Part shown: positions 17,163 through 28,110 of the stretch, in pieces
Layout of the letters: each line of letters opens with the position of its first letter
How positions within the stretch are numbered: position 1 is the first letter of the stretch
NCBI RefSeq assembly: GCF_009914755.1
Contig: NC_060946.1
Source of the DNA: the human T2T-CHM13v2.0 reference genome, Homo sapiens
Direction: 5' to 3' (one strand)
DNA: 64,000 nt
Notes under the pieces: model-generated
What the model was told of the DNA's origin: nothing
What the model saw: the letters and a program-made list of their open reading frames with translations, nothing else
Databases searched by the model: none
Position numbers and translations under genes: made by a program

Positions 17163-18116
17163 TGTGTCAGTGTTCGAACTGCTTTCGATGAGCTGGATAC
17201 CAATGTTTCAATCTTAACAACAACAACCAGGCCTGCAAGTTGAACAATTTATATCTTGAGATCAAGATCAATGACTTAATTCTTCAATGTAGGCAAAGAG
17301 GTCGAGCAAATGCACCGTGTACGAGTCTAGGTGGGCGCGCCTGTACTTGTCACAAGAAGCAACACGAAGCTTTTGTTTAAATGAAGGTTCTTATCATAGT
17401 TCAAAGGCTTTCTGAAGAAATGAAACACAAACATGACAGAATTGAAATAAATATGGGTGACTGTGCAGAATCTCCATCGATACATGACAGACACAAAGAA
17501 GATAATGACAAGCTGGAAATATCATGCCATCGATAAACAGAACCTAGTCCTTGAAAAAAAAGGACTCGTCAAAATAATCTTGAAATTATAAAATGAGGTA
17601 TGGGATTGTTTGAATGAAGGAGTCAAAAAATGAAAAATTGCCAGGCGCGGTGGCTCACGCCTGTAATCCCAGCACTTTGGGAGGCCGAGGCGGGCGGATC
17701 ACGAGGTCAGGAGATCGAGACCATCCTGGCTGACACGGTGAAACCCCATCTCTACTAAAAATACAAAAAAATTAGCTGGGCGTGATGGCAGGTGCCTGTA
17801 GTCCCAGCTATCGGGAGGCTGAGGCAGGAGAATGGCATGAACCCAGGAGGTGGAGCTTGCAGTGAGCCGAGATCGCACCCACTGCACTCAAGCCTGGGTG
17901 ACAGAGCAAGACTCCATCTCAAAAAAAAAGAAAAAAAGAGAATTAACTTACAACCATCTCCTTCTTATTATCCTGAGCCAGAAAGAGGTTTTCAACAGAT
18001 GGAAATATTTGCACAAGAAAATGAGCTCCAAATAAAGACTTACTGGCTTTGTTGTTGTTGTTAAGATCGAAACACTGGTATCCCAGCTCATTGAAAACAA
18101 TTTAATCACTAACACA
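17163..18116. repeat. Imperfect 78/79-bp inverted repeat pair (17163-17240 and 18038-18116)
   Basis: Manual alignment: 13 substitutions and 1 gap. Confidence 0.9.
17640..17938 (+). mobile_element. AluY
   Basis: ggatcacgaggtcaggagatcgagaccatcctggctgacacgg, gagaatggcatgaaccc, ggagcttgcag. Confidence 0.93.
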
Positions 18117-18131
18117 TCGAAAATAATTTTT

Positions 18132-18401
18132 GTACTAATGGATACAAAAATACAGTTAGATGAAAGGAATAAGTTCAAGCCTTGGATAGCACAGTAGGGT
18201 GACTATAATTAACAAAAACATATGGCATATTTCAAAATAGCTGGTAGATAAGTTCTGGAATGTTCCCAGCACAAAGAAATGATAAGTGTTTGAGGTGATG
18301 GCTATCCTAATTACCTTTATTTGGTCATCACATATTATATGCATACACTAAGCATCTTACGTACCCCATAAACATGTATAATTATTATGTGTCAATAAAA
18401 A
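18132..18401 (+). mobile_element. L1MA-like 3' end
   Basis: tacaaaaatacagttagat...gcacagtagggtgactata...gtaccccataaacatgtataattattatgtgtcaataaaaaaa. Confidence 0.85.
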
Positions 18402-21326
18402 AAGAAAATGAACTCAAGATTCAATCATGAAACCAATGATAAAAAATAACTTTCAATGATTTTATTTTAAAGAAATACCTTTAAATGAATTTTATTATAT
18501 GTAGTGTTCATTTTATTTTAAGTATTTTAATCTCATTTTCTGCTGATCATTAATAGGACAGCATTATGCGATTACCTTCCTATATTTTAAAAAATACTTA
18601 TTTCAGTTGATATCATGTAACATGTTTACCATTCTGGTCTTTGAAACATACCATTTAGTTTAGTTATTGCGTTACTTTGTTTATCATTTAGTTTTTTTAG
18701 TGCATTTTGAATACTTATATGAAATACCTTCCTTTGGGCCTTCTATAAAATAAATACCCACCAGTCTGTGTGTTGCTTCTCGGCAGCCTCCCCACCCTCA
18801 CCCCATCCTGGCAGCCCTGGTCCCTGAAGTGGCTGGGCCACCTCATGCCGGTGCATTCCTGCCCCAGCCCTGCCTTGGTGCCTGGCCTCTGTTACTCCAG
18901 AATCTCGGTTCCCAGGTTTCTGCCACATGTTATCATCTCAGAGAAGCTTTTTGATCATCCCTTCTAAAGAGGTTTCCTATCATTCTCTCCTCGTGTCTTG
19001 ATTCACTTGTCTTAACAGAATTAATCAACCATAATTTATATAAATTTACATTGTTGCTCATGGACTGTCCCCGTCATTAAAAGGAATCACCATCCAAGCA
19101 GGGGCTGCCAGGGTCAGGGTGGCTCACACTCCACCCACCATGATAGACTAGGAGTCGGCACAGAGGAAAATAGGATGTGCACCCACAAATTAAATAAATG
19201 TGCAATACCCCAAAAATCACCAGGGACATGGAGAGAAGGAAAAACAAAATGGAAAAACCAAAGAGTTTAGAAACAGACAGAAAATCACGGACGTGAAGCT
19301 CCAACATATACATAAGTGGTGTTCCTCAACAAAGAAAATCCAGATAATATCCTAGCAAACATGTTTAAAGAAATAACTAAAAATGTTATTCTAGACACTA
19401 AGGGATTATTTTTTCTATATATTGAAAGAGCACACCATAGTCCAGGAAAAATTTAAAAAACATATTGGTATCAAACAACTCCTCACTGAAACATACCATA
19501 ATAAACAGAGGTCATTGAATTTTTAAATAATCAATTTATGAAAATGCATGCTAAAACATTAAGCCATCTATAAAGGTTAAGAAATCCATTTGCCTAAGAT
19601 TTCTCAACTGTCATATTCAACAAAACAAAAACGAATCCCTCAAAGAAAGAGAGCAAGACTAAGAATTTAATATCCAGCTAACCTCTATCAATATAGAAGC
19701 AACAGACACATATTTGAACCTGCAGGACCTATGGCTATTTGACACACAACAGAGCAGATTTTGCACATTACTGGGTGAAGGACACACCAGTCAACAAATT
19801 GTGCTAATTCAACTCATAACTATAGGAAAAAATAGACCAGATCTCTACCTCAGTCCAAGTACACAGATGATTTAAACACTGAAATGCAAATGAAAAAATG
19901 TAAACATTTTAGAAGAAAATATCAGAAAACGCTTTGGAAAGGTTTTTGAAATAAATAACAGTACAAACCATAAAAGAACTTCTTTTCATCAAAATTCACC
20001 ACGAAAGTGGCAAATTCAACTAATAAAATATATCTGCAATTCCTGTGGCTGATAGAGAATTGAAAATTAAAATATAAAACAAAAATAACGTTTCAATAAT
20101 TAATAGTTTAAAACACACCCAATAGGCAACATGGTTCAAAACCTTTTCACAGAAGTGAAAATTAAAAGGCCAGTTAAAGTATAAATAATGCATCTGATTA
20201 ATAATCACGAAAATAAGAATTAAAAATAAAATATATATCTCAAGCCAAAAAGATTGACACAGTTTTTAAAGATCTGTAGACAAATAGGTGAAACACTGAG
20301 ACTGCTTAACTATTGCTTTTTCCAAACACTTCGGTAGTAAGAAATAATTAGGCTTCATTTTATAAAAGCTAAAGGTATTCATCACCTATGACCCAGCAAA
20401 ACTCTGTCTAATTATATACCCCAGAACAACAGAAAAACAAGAAATAATCAAAACACAGCAATGTAGATGGACACAGCAGGAACCAGGCACAGAATATTCA
20501 CAGCAGCATTGTTGGTAGCAAAAGACTTGGAACCGACCCAAATGTCAACAGGGGAGCGAGTGAGTGGGCTGTGATAAAAAGACTCTGTGACTTTATTCCA
20601 TGTCACAAGGACACTGAGCAAAGCGCGGCCACGGCCATCTCCATGGAGGGCTCTTCGACCTTCACGGCTGAGTGACAACCGCAAATCAGAGACAATTGCA
20701 GAAACACTGCTACCATTTGGATAAAACTCACAAACAAGAAAGACTAAGCAATCCATTGCTTTGGGATAGACACCAATTTTGTAAAATAATAAAGGAAATC
20801 AAGAGAACGGTAAAGCAAAATCAGATCAGGTGGCACCTTAGTGGGGTGGAAAGTGCGCATGAATTGGCACTCCAGCATGTTCTGTTTTCTAAGAGGTGAG
20901 TGTATGGGCGCTGATTTTATTATAAATATTTATAATGTGTCATTCTGAGGAGCCAAAAAATTGTATTTAAACAGTACAGGAAGATAAGATGAAAGAAAAT
21001 ATTCTATGTATGCATTAGGAACATAAAGCTATAAAACTGTGTAAGAATAAACCAAAATAGCAATGTCCAATATTATGTGAAGAAGAATATTGAACAGGAC
21101 TCAGGAGTTCACCCCAAGATCTCTGAACGAATGGGAAGTCTCACCATGGTTCTGGAGAGGCAGCCTGCCCACATCCAGAAGCCAACGCTTCCCTAAGTGA
21201 TGTGTGAATATACATGGGTCTGAATAATGTATAGGATCCCAATTATGAGTGTATATTTATTTAAACCTCCAGTGTGTGTGTGAGAGATTCTCAAGCTGAA
21301 CTTCACATGCAAACCAGCAAGAGTAT

Positions 21327-21918
21327 TGTCAACAAAGAGTCAAACTCTGTAAAATGTTTAAAGAGGTTTATTCTGAGCCAAATATGAGTGACCATGGCCC
21401 ATAACTCAGCCCTCAGGAGACCCTGAGAACATGGGCCGAGGGTGGTCTGGATGCAGCTTGTTTTTTATAAGTTTTAGGGAGGCATGAGATATCCATCAAA
21501 TATACTCAAGATGCACATTGGCCCGGTCCAGAAAGATGGGACAACTTGAAGCAGGGGGTGGGGAGGGGGCTTCCAGGTCTTAGGTAGATTTAAAAATTTT
21601 CTGATTGGCAATTGGTTGAAAGAGTTATTATCTGTAGAAAGGAATGGGTTACAATAAGAGGCTGTGGAGACCAAAGTTCTGTCAGGCAGATGAAGCCTCC
21701 AGGTATTAGACTTCAGAGGGAATAGATTGTAAGTGTTTCTTATCAGATTTGAGGTCTGTGTTGATGTTAACGCTGGAGGGCTGTAATGAGGCATGTCCCA
21801 CCCCCACTTCCCATCATGGGCTGAGCTTGTCTTTTAGGTGGAACTGTAGCCTGCCCTGGCCACGGGGGAAGTCCATTCAGATGGCTGGGGGGCCTTAGAA
21901 TTTTATGTTTGGTTTACA
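21327..21918 (-). mobile_element. ERV1 solo LTR, MER4-family-like
   Basis: TG...CA termini; minus strand begins tgtaaaccaaacataaaattctaaggcccccc; exact 4-bp TSD gtat (21323-21326, 21919-21922). Confidence 0.85.
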
Positions 21919-22247
21919 GTATCCAAGAGAGAGATGTTATGAAAAGAGTATGGAATGGGAATTTATACTACTTACCAAGTATTATCACATACAGCTATGC
22001 TAATGAAAGCAGTGTGTATTGGAATATAAACTGATCCATCGATCAGATCAAATGGAAGCTATGGAAACAGGCCCGAGTGCATACAGGAGCTTAACCTGCA
22101 ATAAAAGCATCATTTCAAAATGGGGGTGGGGGAGACAGAAAATTCAATAAATGTGTTGAGAGACAGTGTAGCTGTTTGTAAAATAATAATGATATTGGAT
22201 TTTTACCTTACTACTCACAACATAAATCTCAATGGATTGATTAACAA

Positions 22248-22344
22248 TAAAAAGAAAGAAAAAAGAAAGAAAGAAGGAAAGAAAGAAAGAAGGAAAGATA
22301 AAAGAAAGCAGGAAAGAAAGAAAGGAGAAAGAAAGAAAGAAGGA

Positions 22345-22404
<60 letters not shown>
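22248..22404. repeat. (GAAA)n polypurine microsatellite
   Basis: Direct reading; pure GAAA run in the 3' part. Confidence 0.97.
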
Positions 22405-22705
22405 ATGAATACAGAGGTCCTGAAGCAGAGACTGCTGGTGTCCTGCCCGACACCCTTTCCTAGGCTGGGGCATTCCCCGAGAGTTCTCCTTGTCTTCAGG
22501 GACCCAGAGGCCCTGGCGGGGCCTGTGGCCTGTGGCATATGGAGGCGGGAAAGCAGCGTGCCCCTTTGCTGCTGGGCTGCATGGAATTTGGCACCACTCA
22601 CACAACAGGTGCCCTGAGAGCAGACAGAGCCTCCACTTCTCCGGAGACCACACCCCTGCAGCTCCTCCCTGGCCACTCGGCCTCCTCAAGCTCCAGCAGT
22701 GAGTC

Positions 22706-22797
22706 ACAAATTCACACCTCAATTACTGCACTCCCTTGCCTGGACCTCCGGACAAATTCACACCTCAATTACTGCACTCCCTTGCCTGGACCTCCGG
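22706..22797. repeat. Perfect 46-bp tandem duplication
   Basis: acaaattcacacctcaattactgcactcccttgcctggacctccgg x2. Confidence 0.97.
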
Positions 22798-23740
22798 GTC
22801 AAATTCCACTCCTTAGTGATTTGGCCTAATACAAGCAAGAAAAGAAAGCAGAGACAATTTTAGAAATAATTGTAGAATAAGGGAGCGTCTCGCAAGAGAC
22901 TCAAATTAAAAGCAGATTTTAAAACATTAAATTCTACTAAAATTTTAAGTAGAATGTCAACAACATAACCTAAAGAAAGCCAATGGAGAAAAATTAAACT
23001 CTAAAATACAGGTACACATGATAAATTTCTATATATCAATATTGATAAAACACATATGAGGAATAATTTTCTTAAAATGTAAAGACAGTTATCAAATCAT
23101 TTTAAAAATTTATAGAGTTAAAAAATATACATAAAGGTTTCATGAAAAGAGGAAATATAAATGCCACTTAAACAAATACAATTTCTCAGTTGTGTACCAA
23201 GAATCATAAAAATTAAAACCCCAATAACATATTGTTTTAAACTAGTCAGATTGGGAGGCCAAAAAAAAAAAAAAGAAACAAAAACTAAAAAGCAAACACC
23301 ACGGGCATCTCACCAGGTTGACTCTGGGTTGGTAAACAGTTACTCTTGTAAATTACAGAGGAGAATGTAGTTTTATGACCAGTTTGAATGACAATTTGGC
23401 AATACGTTCAAAATTACTGGTAAGTGTCTAACCTTTGACTCAGCAATTCTGATTCTAGGAATGTATTCCGCAAACATTCTAATACTTGTGTCAAATATAT
23501 GATCTGTGATGTTCATTGCAGCACAGTTTATAACAGCAAAAATTGGAAAAAAAAATGAATGTCTGTACATGGTGGGGAGACTGGTTACATAAATTACAAT
23601 ATAGCTCTACAATAAAATGCTATGTAGTCATTAATGTTTTAAAAAACAGCACCATATTTACCAAGAAGGAAAAAATCCTCAATAAATTCTAACCGCAAGA
23701 GTGAGGTGCACACCAACGTGTACATGATGAGGCCAGCGTC

Positions 23741-23897
23741 TGAGTTACAAGGGGAAGCCTGCGTGTGACTGTGTGGTTTTTGAGTTACAAGGGGAAGCCT
23801 GCGTGGGACAGTCTGGTTTTTGAGTTACAAGGGGAAGGCTGCGTGTGACGGTGTGGTTTTTGAGTTACAAGGGGAAGCCTGTGTGTGATGGCGTGTT
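23741..23897. repeat. 40-bp minisatellite, 4 copies
   Basis: tgagttacaaggggaag at 23741, 23781, 23821, 23861. Confidence 0.97.
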
Positions 23898-24214
23898 TGT
23901 GCATGCTCACACATGCCAGAAGACCCGGAGAACTGGCAGTGTGCGGTCTCCACAGAGAAGAATTTGGAGGCTGGGGCTGAGGCAGGAGGGAGGTTTGAAC
24001 TGGCTACAGTGATCTCCTCTGCGTGTGAGTGCTGGTTTAAACGGACTGTGTTCTTTCTCCTTCTGGATAACAGGTGTCCTCTCCTCTGCCTGGGGTCTCA
24101 GGGGACCCTCCCTCACAGCTCTCAGTCTGCATGGGTCCCCCAACCCCTCTCTTCTCTATGGCTCTCGAGGTCAACGAGGGCTGGAGTCCTGCTGCCCAGT
24201 TCTCATCTGACGGG

Positions 24215-24420
24215 GACGATAACTCACATTCGATGACCATTTATCGTGGCCAGGCTCTTTAATGTGTTTTACTACTGTTATCATCACCATCTCCATTAAA
24301 CACAACATCACCAATCTCATTGCACAGATAAGGGAAATAAAGCCTAAAGAAATTAACCAAGTGATCCAAAGTCACCAAGAGTAAACGTGTGGAGCAGGAT
24401 GCCATCTGGTCTTCCTGGAG
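24215..24420 (-). mobile_element. MIR
   Basis: cattgcacagataagggaaataaagcctaaagaaattaaccaagtgatccaaagtcac core-like. Confidence 0.65.
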
Positions 24421-25074
24421 GTCAGTCTGCGAGGCCACCTAGATGGTCCTTCAAACCGCAGGACAGCAGCTCACGCTGTGGGGTGGAGGGGGCTACTCTT
24501 AAACTTCCAGCCTCCCAGGAACAGGTTTCCGCCCTTCTTGTATTTTGACAGTAATCCCCCTTTTCATGGCTCTAGCCAGCTGGGCCTCCAAGAGCTGACC
24601 AGCAAAGGATATGCTCCTTCCTGGAGCAGGCATGAAAGCCAACAGCTCAGAGAATAACAGGGACCAGACCATGGAGGCCAGGGTCCGTCACTCATGCAGA
24701 GCGGGAGAGGCAGCTGATGGCCGGGCCCCAGGACCAGGCAGAGCCGCCTCTCAGAGGTGCAGGTTGGCAGTGAATACAGAGTAACAGCTGAGGGTGCGGA
24801 GGTGTGTGCAGGTCACTATCCTCGCCCCAGCTACCTCTGGCCCTAGAGGCCTGGACTAGAAGAAGCCGGAAGGAAGTGGGGCAGTAGTTGAGGCCCCTGA
24901 AACCTCCCCAGGATCCACATTCATCCTCTGGGCATCTTTGCGGTGAGTTAAGGCCCAGGAGCCATGGTTCCTGGTGACCAGGGCACAAAGACATCAGGCT
25001 GAACAGGTCCTTCATCTGGGGGGCCTGTGGTCCCCGAAATGCATCTTAGACACTTTGCACAGGTGTGCGTCTCT

Positions 25075-25128
25075 ATCCTGGCTGCTGTGTGAGCTGAGGA
25101 CAAAATCCTGGCTGCTGTGGGAGCTGAG
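25075..25128. repeat. 30-bp-period direct repeat
   Basis: atcctggctgctgtg(t/g)gagctgag x2. Confidence 0.85.
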
Positions 25129-27739
25129 CCTGTGGGCAGGCTGAGCCAGGGGTGGGAGTGAGAGGGAGGGGTGAGAGGGGCCTGAGCACCTACTCAGCGC
25201 ATGCTTCACAGAACCAGCCTGCTCCAGGAAGTTCCGGTGCCCAGTGCCACAATGCACACTCCAGCCCTGTGCCTGCACACCAGACCCCGGGCCCGCTCCA
25301 CATGGGTGCCTTGAGCTGATTCCCTCTGCTGGAGTTGCTGAAGGGTTCTGCAGGCCTCAATCTACAGTCAGCCCCCAACCCTGTCATCAGCAGGGGCCCC
25401 AGCTTACAGCAACGCAGCTGTTTTCACTGCAGGCTAACTCTGCCACAGCGTTGCCAACCTGAAACATCCAGCCCAGAGTGAGTTTTTGGGGAGGCGGGAG
25501 GCTGTCCAAGCATCTTACCTGCTGTGTGGGCAAGAAGCGGCCTGCATCTCATCAGAGTTTGGGGATCCAGGACCCAGATCTGCTGCTCCGCAGTTGTGTG
25601 ACCTTGGGAAGGTCAGGTCCCACCCTGGGTGTGCTCTTCTTTCCTGAAGATTCAATCCGGCCTGTGTGCTAGGAGTGGAGGGCCTGCTGGAGTCTGAGGA
25701 AGATGGCAGCTGGGTCGGTAGCAGGGTGAGCAGGGTCTGAGTGGGGCCAGGCTTCCCACACTGGACAATGATGTCCACTGTAAAGCCCATGTCCTGGATT
25801 TTTGACAAACATCTTAGCAATCGACCTGACACTCCACTATGTCCAAGTTGATTTGTTTCCATGCTGGACATGTGTCTACCAGGACGTGCTCTTGGCTGCC
25901 ACTGGCAGGGCCTGGAATGAGGACACTTGTTGTGCACCTTGCTTTGGAGCCCCAGACAGGCAAAAAAATATCCATGTGGCTTCACCCAGGTCATCTCTTT
26001 GCTTGTATGAACCTCAGGCCACCCTTAGAAAGGGTCTCATAGCCCCGGTGTCTCACTCTCTGACCTTTGCCAAGTCGTCTTCAGCAGCAGCTGGAACTCT
26101 TTGAAGTGGCTGCCACAGATGTTGGCAAAGCCCGGCCTGGGATGCCTCCACCCTGCACCAGGCACGGGGCTGCCTCTGCTGCATATTCACCTGGAAATCA
26201 TCCACATGCCAAGCACCGCAGAGGCAAGGGGAGTCTGCCATTGGACTGCGTTCAACACGGCTGCAGGGATACAGACAAGCACATTCCCTGGCAGAGGCAC
26301 GGGCCCGGCTGGCTGGAGCTGCAGCAGCTGTGTGTGGTCACAGAGCTTCCAAATGAGGGAGATGGATGGCCTCGCTTCACAGTGTGCCCAGAGCATGTCC
26401 ACGGTGCCTGGGAAGACCAGGGACTCACCATGCCCGGCTCTGGTTTCCCTCACAGTGAAGCCTCCTTGCTGGTAGGATCCATGGCCAAGCATGGGGGCAG
26501 GGGCTGGGGGAGCTCTGTCAGTGACTTCTCGCAGGCAGCAAGGCCTCTGGGAGCTGGCCAGGAAAACAGAAACTCCATCCTGGAGCAGGTGCGCAAACCA
26601 ACAGCTCAGAAATTAACAAGGTTCCCACCAAGGACCATGAGCCACCTGTGCTGTCCTGTTTGTTCTGGTACTTGCGCAGGACACGGGGTGGGGGGCGGGG
26701 GAAGCACATGTCAACAGGGAGCTGGTGGCCGCTCTGAGAGCCAGCTCCTTTCTCATAACTTGCTTGAAATCCTTCTCTTTGCAGAAGATGGAACCCAGCA
26801 CATCTCGAGAGCCCACTGCACAGGTCAGGTGCATTTATGTTTACTGTTTCTATCAGCAAAAGAGCAAAACCAAAATCAAACAAACGAAGACTCTGGCAAG
26901 ATTGCTTGATCCTGCCTTGAGGTGAGCACACAGCAGCATCGGGAAAGTGCGTAACTCATAAAGATGGTGCAGCCTGCAGGTCAGGAGGGGCTGGGGTCTG
27001 TCGAGGGCAGCTGGGGCTTTGCAGCCTGATCCACAACACTGCACTCAGAGCGGGGAGGTGCTGTCTCCAGGCCCACCTGTGACTCCTGAGGTACAGGCAG
27101 AGGGTCGGGCGTGTATGACACTGCATAGGAGTCCTCTCCGCAGTGTGGAACCCACCCACGTCGCCTGCTCCCTCAGTCCCCAAATGCATCTGGGGTCTGA
27201 GATCAGAAACAGCAGAAGCTCTGGTGGTTAGTGGAATAGTTACCTAAGTGGACCCTCATCTCCTGGGCATTCTTTGAGCACCTCCCTGCTAGGCACTGTT
27301 TCAGGGGCTGGTGACGGGAAGCCCACCTTGCCCATGAGGCTCTTTCGGCACAGAGGTGGACACTGAGGGACCGCTGGCTCACACGCATGTTGAAATATGT
27401 GCTCAGCTGATGTCTTCCCAAGTGAGCCCTCCTGCAGGACAGGACCACACAGTGTCCTCAAAAAGCGCCCCAGGTTAGTGTGAGCTGGGCAATGCTGCCT
27501 GGGACGTCCCTGCTGGAGGCTCCTGGTGTGTGTAGGACCAAAGACGCTTGCTTCATTGGATTTAGCCAGCATTTCCCTGGTGTATTTGGCCATAAAAGAC
27601 CCCCACTCACTTACCCACCACACCTTTAACCCTCTGTGGTAGACACCTGTAGCCGCAAACCCATTATCTATTCTCTCTTCTTTCTGGGTAAAATAACCTT
27701 GATTTTTTTTTTTCCCCAGGGGCAATATGTATACAGCAA

Positions 27740-28110
27740 AAAGTATACTTTGCAAATTCTCTTGCAGGAAGGAATGGCAAACAACATAATTCTATCTAAT
27801 GAGATGTTCAAAGACATCTTCTGGTGCTTCTTGAAAGACTTGATTTCTTCACATAGATGCAATGTCTTCCCTGTGGTTTCTTCTTCTATCTGCTGGGGAC
27901 ATGGGTGTGATCCCTGGAGCTGCAGCAGCCATTTGTTAACCCTGAGGAAAAGACTCAGAAAAATCCAAGACCTTGGCTCTACTATCTTTGGGCCATTGAA
28001 CCAGAGGTAGCAAGTCGCATTTCTCCTTAAATGATAATAAAACCCCCCCTTGATTTAAGCCACTGTTTTTTGAGACTCTTATTTATTTACAACTAGATGT
28101 CATTCCTGAC
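27740..28110 (+). mobile_element. MLT1-type MaLR LTR relic
   Basis: ggagctgcagcagccatttg...aataaaacccc...tttaagccactgttttt...atttacaact. Confidence 0.65.

Larger units (their letters stand above)
19180..23740 (+). mobile_element. Fragmented old L1M relics, interrupted by an LTR and a microsatellite (approximate)
   Basis: tattgaaagagcacac, agaatttaatatccagc, attcacagcagcattgttggtagcaaaagacttggaa, ctttgactcagcaattctgattctaggaat. Confidence 0.65.

Noticed and set aside
23741-23897. CRISPR-like pattern of a constant core with variable tails
   Set aside because: The tails are homologous to each other, the DNA is primate and there are no cas genes; it is a minisatellite
24692-25015. 107-aa ATG ORF on the minus strand
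   Set aside because: No recognisable domain; typical chance ORF in GC-rich DNA
26067-26909. Longest ORF (280 aa)
   Set aside because: Non-ATG start, no recognisable homology, composition of GC-rich non-coding DNA, overlapping ORFs in other frames
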